A stretch of DNA of 64,000 nucleotides from NCBI GenBank assembly GCA_002633005.1, contig NMRA01000439.1, positions 310,001 to 374,000 on the forward strand. The letters run 5' to 3'. This DNA comes from Phoronis australis (Eukaryota > Animalia > Phoronida). The notes beneath the pieces are model-generated. The model made no database searches and was not told the DNA's origin. It saw only the letters and a program-made list of their open reading frames with translations. Both the position numbers and the translations under genes were made by a program. Positions 11,758-21,650 of this stretch are shown here, one piece after another (positions within the stretch are counted from its first letter, which is position 1; every line of letters starts with the position of its first letter).

Positions 11758-14700
11758 GTAATGAAAAAATACGAAACGAAGCAAATTTTGAAACGTGAAC
11801 CCCTAGACATATGAAACGTTGACGACGCATTGAGCTTTCTCATAGGTAGACGCAGGTGGACAACGTATGATGCAACATTTCATTGTTTTTTCAGATGTGT
11901 TTGCATAAATATTCACGAAGTATTTCTCTAAAGCTACAATAAACTCCCTTTCGGTCAAAAAAGAACTTTTAGTTTAGGCTACTTATCGTTACTAAAACCT
12001 AATTCAATCTGTCCCTTACTAAGATTAGGAGTCATTTCTAAGCTTAGGATTAGCTGATAGTTCGTTATTGTTTGAGATCATGCAGAGAATGACCTGCCGG
12101 GTCAACACAACCTTGTCTAAATTACTCTTAAGCAATAACAAACTTTCAGCTATTCCCAAGCCGAGATTATAATTGAGGACATCAAATAAATTGAGATCAA
12201 CGTCGTATTAGTAACTGGCGTTAATTGAAAGTTAGGTTTTCGAAGTTTAACATCGGCTTGTAGAATTGGTTGACAACTGAGAGTCCTCGCCATTAGCACT
12301 GTCACGTGATAAGCTTTAGAAACTGGAAGGCACGTTTAACTAAAAACGGATACCTCTTAACCTAGGTCACATGCTTAGTTGACTGGAATGTAGTATCATT
12401 GAGATGAAATAGCGTTTATCAGAGGGAACATATTCTTCATCTTTTTATTTCTCTTGTTGCTCCTCTTCCTCTATCTTCTTTTCCTTAAATCCGTTTTCTT
12501 TCTCCTCACTTTCTATTCCTCTTCCATTCCTCTTTCTCTTCCTTTTTCGCTTTTTTATTCCCTTCTTCCTCCGTTTCTTCTTCTCCTTTCTCTTTTTCTT
12601 CGTTATCTTCTTCTCGCTCTTCTTCTCCTCCTTTTCTATTTCTTCGTCTTCTTCCCGAACAAACGCCAATCGGCGGACAACTTAGCCAGTTGATGACCAC
12701 ATGCAGCCCACGGAAACCATCCACAAAGATAATGCCTATAGCATAATGATCCGATTATGAACAATCTCATGCAGTGTGTACCTTGTATGTGTGCTGAGTC
12801 CCGAGGGAAAATGTCCAACAGCACGTACTGGAAGTGGTTCCATGTCCTTTCAAAACTTTAATGGATTACAAGTATTTAGCAAAGTACATTGGCGGATCTA
12901 GAAAGTAGTGCGAGTGCCCCAACTACACTTTTCGATTATGTTGTATACGTAAGCCCCAAAAACGGCATATTGGCGGATCTAGATAGTAGTAAGAGTGACA
13001 CAACTGCTCTTTTTGAGAAAGACGTATACGCAGGCCCTGAAAACGGCACATTGACGTTCTTTTCTGGTCGTATTCGAAAGCAGGGAACTTCTACTGCCTA
13101 TAAACTGTGATAAGTGTAAAGTTTAAAACTGTGGGCAAATGGCCCTGTGAGTTTTGAAAATAAACTTTTTGGTTGTTATGCGCCCACATACTTATATGTG
13201 GTCGAATATTGCGGCGTACGTCGTCCGGTGTCCGGGCGTCCGTCGTCCAGCGTCTGGCGTCCGCAGCAGTAGCTCCTAAACTCCTCGCAGGATCTTGATG
13301 AGATTTGGCAGATGTGTTCCTATGAAGCTGATGACGGACGACGATGAACGTTGGACCTCTCCGACTACCGGTGTAACCCCGAGGGGCAATTTTAGCTTTT
13401 TACACTTACCTCTGTATCTTCGGAGGTTCTCAACGGATTTTCATAAAATTTGTCAGGTTGGCATCTATTAGTGACATGATGTCATACTACCGTTTTCGGA
13501 CGGATTCGAGGTACCTTGCGCCACCTAGTGGCCATTTTTACTGTCTTCGAGTCTGTTTTTGGCGTCCACCCTTCTATCAATGAAACCGCTCAAGGAAGAT
13601 TGTGAAGAGGACCGGGCTGACGATGATTTTCCGCGATTTCGACTACTGTGGTGCCCTCTATATAGTGGTAGTTTTTTTTTGCGTCCATGTCTGTATCTCG
13701 TCCTAAACCGTTTGTAGAATCTTTACTAAATTTAGCAAGTGTATTTATATGATGTTGACAACGGACGATGAAAACAGGCACATATGTTCTTACTGTCAAG
13801 AGGGCAGCTGGCAATGATTTTCCGACGACTTCGACTACTGTGGTACCTCCTAGTGGCAGGTTTGTTTGTTTTGCGCCCAATAGATTTTTATTGAATATTG
13901 CTGGTGTATTTATATGAAGTTAACAACAGAGGACGACGATTTTCGGACGGATCAGACTACAGATAGTAATTTTAGTTTCTTACGTTCATCTCTGTATCTT
14001 CAAAGCAATCAACGTTTGTCGACAGATTTTTATAAAATTTGGCAGATTGGCATGTAATAGAGAGATGACATTATAATTCGGTTTTCGCTTGACTTGGAGG
14101 CATTTTGCGTCACGTAGTGTCCATTTTTACTGTTTTCGAGTCTGTTTTTGGCATCTGCCCCTCTTTCAGCCAAAGCACTATGAGAATGATTGTGCAAATT
14201 GGCAAGTATGTTTCTAATGTAAAGAGGACGACTGACGATGATTTTCTTACGACCTCGACATCTTTGGCACCTCCTAGTGTCATTTTTCTTTTACGCTCAT
14301 GGCTGTATTTCCTAAAACCTTTGCAGGATCTTTATTAAATTTAGCAAGTGTATTTATATGAATTTGACAACAAACGACGACGACTTTCGGATGGACCGGA
14401 CTACCAGTGTGCTCCCTAGTGGCAATTTTAATGTATCTTCAAAGGTCCCCAACGGATTTAGTATTAGTGAGCTGATGCTATCCTTCGGTGTTCAGTTTGA
14501 TTCGTGGTATTTTGCGGCACCTAGAGGCCATTTTTACTGTTTTCGAGTCTTGATATTTGGCGTCTGCCCCTCTGTAAACCAAACCACTCTAAGGATGGCT
14601 GGGGACATTGGCATGTATGTTCCTAATGTGAAGAGGAAGTCTGATGATGATTTTCCGACGCCTCTTAATGGCAGTTATGTTTTTTTCGCCTATAGCCCCC

Positions 14701-17700
14701 TAGTGGCAATTTCATTTTTCTCGTTTTCGTCGATTTCGCAGAAGTTCTTTTACGGATTTTTATGAAATTTTGCAAATAGCTTTGATGACAAATACCAATT
14801 TTCGGATGTATTCGACGTATTTTGCGTCATCTAATGGCCATTTCTATGTTCCAAATAAACACCCCTAGAAGCACACCACGGTTAGCGGTGCATTTCAGCG
14901 CTCCGCGTAGCTGTTGTTTTGTTTTTGTTGTTTGTTGTTGTATCGTTTAAAATGGGATTTTAGCTGCGATTTCACGGATGTGGCACAACAAACAGGTTTT
15001 GGAAAAAGTGAAACAGTTTAATAACACATAGGCATCTATTGTTTTTTGCAGGGACTAGCCATTAACATAACGGGAACCACCATCTTTGACCTGAGCACGC
15101 GCTCGCGTGTTGACATCTCCGGAGTTTCACAAGTAAGGACTTGTGGTTTCTAGTTGCTTACCTTGGTCACATGATATTGCAATGATTGTGCTACTTGTGT
15201 CCTTGTATTGTATCTTTTGAATTTATCTTTTTTAAAACTATGGGGAGCCTTCTGAAATGCTAACTTTCACGCGTCATTTTAGTTAGAAATATACTCGCTA
15301 TAAAAGCAGCACCTATATGGAAATGAGGCCCTGTGCAATGATGATAAACGACACACAGAATTCCATGGTAGACGATCTTTTGATTTGGACGTTTGTCGTA
15401 GACATATGGTTCGGTAATATGCCTGAGACGTATAGAGAATCATTTTGCTGTTTTATTTAACGCCTTGCAGTTTTGCGTGTGTCAAAAAACGAGAACTTGT
15501 AAAGAATGAGTCGATTTAGTCAGTTCTTATGTTTGCAGCAACCACAAGCCACAAAGGCATTTCTCAATAGATAGAGGGGTATACTGATGCTTTTCGGCTC
15601 AAAATCAACCAGTCGGAATGTTGAATGTTATCTCGTTCGGTTAACCGATGAGAAACCGTGTAGCACCGGGAAAGGGTGCTCGAGAGCTAAAGTTTCATGG
15701 AGCTGAAATGGCGAGTTTTCTCTCGTAATTCAACATTCAATTATATAATCACTCATGAAGCTGCGGTCATTTTGCTCGTGATCCGCTGTTTCCAATACTT
15801 TTTCCCTAGCGTAATCATTACGTAATAACCTTGCGTGTCAACTTGCAAAACAAGCCCAAGCGGCCGCAACCTAGACGATGGTCGTCAGCATCGTCTTTTT
15901 ATTTTTTTTAACTTGAATAAAATCCAGGCCTCAAAAGTTTATCTAGCATGAGGTTGGCGGTAATTATGACACTGGTCTAAGACCTCATCTACCGATTTCT
16001 CTGCGCGCGCCCATAGTGTCGTCACGGTCTTTCAAGACACCAGTTGAATTCTTAACTTTCTTGCCATCTTCTTAACCCCGAACAGGAAAAAAGGTAAAAA
16101 AAATCCACCGATAGCACTACAGCAAATGATGAAAGGCTTCTGCTAAGTTTATCTCATAAACGAAATTGTATTGTGATAGGATTGCATTTTTCTTAAAAAA
16201 ATCGCCATCATGTTCGCGCTTCAGAACTCCGGGCAATACATTGCATGGCACTAAATTGTAAGAACATTCATCTTTCACAACGCAAATCATTACCGTGTTT
16301 TCAGCTGTTGTCATTGGCCAGTATAGCTGCACTTCTCGCTGCCTTCGCATCCGGGTTACTCGTGGATAAATGGCCAGTCAACGACAATTTGATGTTGGTC
16401 GTTGCGTTGACTGTGGGAGCCGCGTCGTGTTTTGTCAAGCCACTAGAGGGCAGCCCACTTGTTCTAGGTGCTGGGTTTTGTCTTCAAGGAATTGCTCAAG
16501 GAATGCACATTACAAGTAAGTGAATGCTAAATAATGGCATAGAAAACATTTATTTTGCGTATATCGGCAGAAAATAAATTTTCCTTCAGACAGGTTTTGT
16601 TTGTCTTTAAGGCTCTGATTGGCTGCAGGCTGATCTCGTGTGTACGTCATTAGAAACGTAATTAAGTGCACACAACATAATTTTTTCTAATTTGTTTCAA
16701 AAGATCTTACTTCAATTGTTTGTGAATGTTATACATACGAACAGTGTAACCATGTTTTAAACTGAAAGAAAAATTTAAGAACGGTATGGCACGCTTCACG
16801 TTGGCATTCATGAAGTATGCGCTTGAAGTCTTACGAAAAAAATGACGTCTTGGTTACTTGAAAGAAAAGATTATGCGAATTCTAGAAGGGTTAAATATAT
16901 GTTCGTATGAGCCGAGAGTCACATTTCAGACTAAATTGATTGTCTCTATAGTTTCTGTATCAAAAATGGAACAATTTTTACAATTCTAGTTGGTGACGTG
17001 ATGCAATTGACACTGTGGGGTGAATCGGCCAATCCGGTGTTGTTTGCTTCTCACATGACCTTCGCCGTCGGTTTGATGGTGGCTCCCATATCCGCGAGTC
17101 CATTCATAGCGTCTTTGCCAACGACAGGAAATGAGACCACACCCAATATCACCAGTGACCGTGCAATTAATTCTACAGAACAAAACTCCACAGAATCAAG
17201 AATTGAAATACCCTATGGCATCATCGGAGGACTGTACTTGATTCTGGCTGTCATGTTCACCGTTCTTCATTGCAGAAGGTCTTGCAGGGATTCAGAAATG
17301 AACTCTCCTAAAACTCATAAGTCAGAAAGGACTGGTTCTTTTAAAGAAAACGCTCAAGGGAATGTGTTATTTGGTGTTGCAATGTTAGTGTATATTGTTT
17401 TATTTTACACACTGCTTGTAGGGGCATATACACCCTTGCAGACATTCATTTTTACTTTTGCTGCCAAAAGTAACCTCGATTTCGACAAAACGGAAGCAGC
17501 ATTGCTGGACTCCATGTATTCCTTCGCGCAAGTCCTTGGTCGAGCCTTATCCGCCTTAGTCCGTCTGAAGTCACCCATTCAACCAATTTTATTTATTTCT
17601 TCTTACGCTGTTCTGGGCTTCCTAATTCTACTAGTTTTCTACAGTCTCGAAGGAAAAGTGTATCTATGGTCGCTCAGTTTGTCTGTGTCGTTTTTCCTCG

Positions 17701-18029
17701 CTCCAATTTGGCCAGCGGGGATTGCATGGGTTGATCGCTACATGAAAGTCACCGGTTTTGTTGCGTCCATGTCTGGTATTGGTGGGTCTATTGGAACCTT
17801 CATCGTTCAACCACTGACTGGTTATTTAATACAAAATAGGGGACCTATTTACTTGATGTACATAGTGCTGGTGTCTGTAGCGGGCTTGTGTGCTCTGTTG
17901 ATTGCCATGCAGGTTACCGGATGCATCGTCGGGGACAGGTATAAAAAGTCTAGGAAGATGACGACAGCTAAAAAAGCACTGGACGTCAACGGAAACGTGT
18001 GGACAGTGAGTGAAGAAACGAAATTATGA
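11656..18029 (+). CDS. MFS transporter, MFSD4 / sodium-dependent glucose transporter 1 (NaGLT1)-like; spliced model join(11656..11757,15052..15132,16305..16515,16990..18029), 477 aa
   Basis: Four exons join in frame through GT-AG introns (phases 0, 0, 1); 102+81+211+1040=1434 nt. The product has MFSD4-type segments (FFVLGLAINITGTTIFDLS, GLLVDKW, QGIAQG, LWGESANPVLFASHMTFAVGLMVAP, FFLAPIWPAGIAW) and many hydrophobic helices. Confidence 0.88.
12043..12160. repeat. Imperfect inverted repeat (old MITE)
   Basis: CTTAGGATTAGCTGATAGTTCGTTATTG versus CAATAACAAACTTTCAGCTATTCCCAAG. Confidence 0.55.
12434..12656. repeat. Polypyrimidine (CTT/CT-rich) low-complexity tract
   Basis: About 220 bp almost entirely C/T on the + strand. 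Confidence 0.9.
12889..13052. repeat. 81-bp tandem duplication (2 diverged units)
   Basis: TTGGCGGATCTAGA at 12889 and 12970; GTATACG..CCC..AAAACGGCA.ATTG repeated. Confidence 0.75.
13176..14920 (+). mobile_element. Helentron-associated (HINE/DINE-1-like) non-autonomous element with internal tandem array, in MFS intron 1
   Basis: T-rich 5' flank, then TTATGCGCCC, hairpin CCACATA..TATGTGG and a (CGTCC)-type microsatellite at ~13218-13263. Degenerate ~150-bp repeats follow (AAATTTGGCA, CCTAGTGGC, TTTTCGGACGGAT). The 3' end has GGTGCAT, a CAGC..GCTG palindrome and a T-run. Confidence 0.68.
15052..15132 (+). CDS. MFSD4-like transporter, exon 2 (GLAINITGTTIFDLSTRSRVDISGVSQ)
   Basis: Acceptor TTTTTTGCAG|, donor CAA|GTAAGG; the peptide matches the GL..GPTLLDL motif of MFSD4-family TM1. 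Confidence 0.85.
16305..16515 (+). CDS. MFSD4-like transporter, exon 3
   Basis: Acceptor GTTTTCAG|, donor A|GTAAGT (phase 1); encodes LLSLASIAALLAAFASGLLVDKW...QGIAQGMHIT (MFS motif A region). Confidence 0.9.
16990..18029 (+). CDS. MFSD4-like transporter, exon 4 (C-terminal TM helices)
   Basis: Acceptor TTCTAG|TT completes codon A+TT and runs into the 343-aa ORF 16998..18029, which has multiple TM helices. Confidence 0.92.
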
Positions 18030-18404
18030 GTATTAAACTATGCAATGGAAGAAATTGTTGTGTTGAGCGCTGGTTTCCATGTGGACAAGCATTTCCCTTT
18101 GCATAAACGGAAACAAGAGACGTTATGAAGTGCAAAGCTTGTGCTCTGTATACAGGGGCTGCGTTTCGTAGAGCCAAGAAATTATCATACCCTTGGGGCA
18201 AAAAATCTTCGCTTATGTAACGGAAACAGTGAATTCAAACTCACAATTCAACATTTTGACCTCATCGACTAATCAATTTACTGGCTGCCATTTTGGCAGA
18301 CTTTACTAACCTCCCAATAATACTTGCGAAACACTCGCTTAATTTGGCGATGTCTTGCAAGTTTTTGCTTTTCTGCATGAAACTAGGCAAGGACGGCTCT
18401 CCAG

Positions 18405-18698
18405 GCGTGCGTTCAGTAACGCTAGGACCTACGATAGGACCTAGCTAAAGTCACGTGTTCTCATTTAAAATAACACGGCAATATCTCATGTAATCTCGCC
18501 AACTCTTGCTTTTTAGCGAGGTCCTAGCGTTACTGAACGGGAGGCAGCCTCCCGTTCAATAACGCTAGGACCTCACTAAAAAGCAAGATTTCGCGAGATT
18601 ACGTGAGATATTGCCATGTATTTTAACTGAGAACACGTGACTTTAGCTAGATTTTAGCTAAGTCCTAGCGTAGGTCCTAACCGTTACTGAACGTACGC
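18405..18698. mobile_element. Two ~145-bp MITEs in inverted orientation (Harbinger/Tourist-like)
   Basis: Each unit has TIRs CGTTCAGTAACGCTAGGACCT / AGGTCCTAGCGTTACTGAACG. CAG occurs at 18402-18404, 18545-18547 and 18699-18701. Confidence 0.8.
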
Positions 18699-18798
18699 CA
18701 GGTCTCACAAGAACAATGCACTTCGGGCGTGCGGTCAGTAGACGCAAGATTAAACAAACGGACAATCGCCGCACAAGTAAAAACGTTCATACTGATTC

Positions 18799-18829
18799 GA
18801 CGTTTCGTCTAATCATTAGCCATCATCAG
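18799..18829 (-). ncRNA. Minimal hammerhead ribozyme core (Penelope-type), copy 1
   Basis: Minus strand: CTGATGA-T-GGCTAATGATTAGAC-GAAAC-GTC. Conserved core, stem II G-C plus CTAA/TTAG, palindromic ACGT stem III, GUC cleavage triplet. Stem I pairing is weak. Confidence 0.6.
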
Positions 18830-19326
18830 GCTATAAACAATAAGACATCATCAAGTGTCGACATACCAGTCAGGTTACTTCGGTGAAATGAGTGTAGCAA
18901 GAAATACAGGGCATTGTAATCGGTCATTGCCACAGCTGTAAAGTCACTGAGCTCTGCGTGTTATTCAGAGAACCAGCAGCATGCTGGTCCTGCATGGCCA
19001 ATGACTTTTTATTGTACAGTAATTCCTGGATAGGTTCTCTACCTATATACTGACTGAATTGGCTTGGTGCTTGTTGCTAACACAATGCTTGTAGACGTTG
19101 CTTTTGTCTGAGGTGTGATGTTATCTCACTCTGTCACAATAGGCTTCTCTGTGTGAGTCCGATGTAGAATTCCTTACAGTTATCACATTCAATCTTATAA
19201 AATGCATGTTGGCTCTGTTTCGGTATACTTGCAGACTTCCTATTGTGTGATACATTCNGCGGTCAGTAGACGCAAGATTAAACAAACGGACAATCGCCGC
19301 ACAAATAAAAACGTTCATACTGATTC

Positions 19327-19357
19327 GACGTTTCGTCTAATCATTAGCCATCATCAG
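19327..19357 (-). ncRNA. Minimal hammerhead ribozyme core (Penelope-type), copy 2
   Basis: Identical to 18799-18829, offset by 528 bp. Confidence 0.6.
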
Positions 19358-19840
19358 GCTATAAACAATAAGACATCATCAAGTGTCGACATACCAGTCA
19401 GGTTACTTCGGTGAAATGACTGTAGCAAGAAATACAGGGCATTGTAATCGGTATTGCCACAGCTGTAAAGTCACTGAGCTCTGCGTGTTATTCAGAGAAC
19501 CAGCAGCATGCTGGTCCTGCATGGCCAATGACTTTTTATTGTACAGTAATTCCTGGATAGGTTCTCTACCTATATACTGACTGAATTGGCTTGGTGCTTG
19601 TTGCTAACACAATGCTTGTAGACGTTGCTTTTGTCTGAGGTGTGATGTTATCTCACTCTGTCACAATAGGCTTCTCTGTGTGAGTCCGATGTAGAATTCC
19701 TTACAGTTATCACATTCAATCTTATAAAATGCATGTTGGCTCTGTTTCGGTATACTTGCAGACTTCCTATTGTGTGATACATTCACACTCTGTGCTTGTT
19801 TGCCCCTCTACCTGATGTTTATTTCGCTTCGTTTCACCTA

Positions 19841-19880
19841 TTACCTGATGACGAGACATGTCGTCTCGAAATACAGCAAC
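19841..19880 (+). ncRNA. Hammerhead-like motif (probably degenerate)
   Basis: CTGATGA-C-GAGAC(atgtc)GTCTC-GAAA: perfect 5-bp stem II between the two core boxes; no canonical stem III/NUH site downstream (TACAGCAA). Confidence 0.42.
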
Positions 19881-20019
19881 TATATTAACTTGTTTGTACT
19901 TTATATCTCTTGGTGTTTTGCTTCATAACTGCAAGCCCGAAGAAATGAGATTGAATAGAGACTACGAGCAAGTATATATTAAGCTGTCTAACAAAAAGTA
20001 CAGTCGAAACTGCGACCAA

Positions 20020-21650
20020 GTCTGTGTCATGGAAAGGCTGCTACCAAATTATACTAATCTTACTAGAACTGTATAAAAGCGTTAAACCATGTGTTTCCTC
20101 GAACCAAGACGGGGAGAATACGGATTATTTTGAGTGTCAATTAGGAGTTCTTCACGGGTGTCAATTGTCTCCCTTTTTATTTTTTTCGTTTATCAATAAC
20201 CGAGCATGAGCTACAAGCAGATAATTCGACACGAGGTGTATCAGTGTATCAGTGAGTCACTTTTAAATACGTGCTGTTTTCTGTCAGATGACGATATTGT
20301 AATACTTGCAAATACAGCATTGAATTTGAAAAGGTCAGTAACTATAAAATTATCTGAATATTAGAAGTTAGTCATTAATATGACCAAATCGAAAGTTTTG
20401 TTTTTTCGAAAAGGCGGCCACTTGAGAAGCTAGTAACTCGGTATGCATTCTACTGTTAAGAATGTGTGGATAAAGACGCAAAAAATTAAAGACCAAGCAT
20501 CCAAAGCCTTATTCACAGTGAAAAACACCATTAACCGCCTATTATTTTGAATGACTTACTCTTATTAAAATTACATAACCAAAAATTCATTTCGAGCCTC
20601 AGAAGTGGACTTCTAAATAAATGTAGGTTCCTCGCTCGAAAATAACCAAGAGCGGGGCCTTCTAGCTTGTTGGCTGCCTTCAGGTGGGGCCATCTATATT
20701 ACCATAAGGAACCTTGCTTATTAATCATAATAGGTCGTTTTAAATAGCGGTCTGTTACATGTGCCCGTTTGAAGAGGTGCCTGTAATCACTAGACTGCAC
20801 ATTTTGACAGTGAAATTAAACCAGTATTGCAATATGGGTCAGATATTTTGGGTTTTTTATCCAGCCGCTGACGCGGAAAATTTACGCAACAAGTTCTGTG
20901 TATTCTCACTGGGCCCTGGGCAAAATACCACTCACTTAGCGTCCAGGGGAGAACAAGGAAGACACACCAGGCTAACATTAAAATTTTCGTTAATTATTAA
21001 GTACTGGTTAAAATTGCTTAATGTTGGCATTGAACACGTATATTATACAAATCTGTTATAACAAATCGATATTGTGCAATTTGGCTGAGCGAAATGTCTC
21101 CTGCTGTTGGACATTATGCGTGAAGCAGTTACTGTTTGAGTATGGATTTGGTGTCGGTTGAGAAAGTCGGTCGGTTGGGGAGTTGAAACAACGAAATTTA
21201 GACATTAGTGGGCAGCAGTGGTATGAGTAATCGTTGAATGTCAGTCAATTAGATTCTTACAGATTATGCAAACATCAATTACTTATGAAGAAGTACGTCA
21301 CAGGTGTAAAACCAAAAAATATCTAAAGGCTTTAGAGAGATTTAGAAGTTCAAATCATAACTTACAAATAGAAAGAGAAAGACATTTGAAAATCCTCAGA
21401 GATAATAGATTCTGTACTGTTTGTGTCCCATACGTTGTAGAAGGCGAATACCATTTCTGATTAAGTGTCCACTTTATGAACTGTGAAATTACCTTAGATA
21501 ATGCTGAATTGTGTAAATTTATGCAGTATTTGTTAGCATCTGGTATCAGAAAAGACGATGTAAGTACGTGAGTTTTTATAATGTACTGTGTAATTAGGCG
21601 TGTAGGCTGAACGCCTTTTGTACAACAAGGAAATAAATATATTCAAATTA
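20020..21650 (+). mobile_element. Decayed non-LTR retrotransposon (RTEX/L2-type LINE), RT C-terminal half and 3' end
   Basis: Fragments GVLHGCQLSPFLF, SDDDIVILA, INMTKSKVLFFRKGG, FDSEIKPVLQYGSDILG, NKFC..ASRGEQGR and RFRSSNHNLQIERER..RFCTVC..EGEYHF (C-terminal zinc-finger-like). 3' hairpin AGGCGT..ACGCCT plus AATAAA. Interrupted by an unrelated segment at ~20570-20790. Confidence 0.85.

Larger units (their letters stand above)
18731..19800 (-). mobile_element. Penelope-like element 3' fragment (GIY-YIG remnant + 3' region), present as two tandem ~528-bp copies
   Basis: Minus frame reads FYKIECDNCKEFYIGLTQRSL, then after a frameshift HHTSDKSNVYKHC. Copies 18731-19257 and 19259-19785 are separated by one N and differ at about 3 positions. 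Confidence 0.82.

Noticed and set aside
12445-12724. Lys/Glu-rich and Leu/Phe-rich ORFs
   Set aside because: They are translations of the CT-rich low-complexity tract, with no coding evidence.
13300-14850. CRISPR-like array
   Set aside because: The repeats are long and degenerate, the context is eukaryotic, there are no unique spacers between identical repeats and no cas genes.
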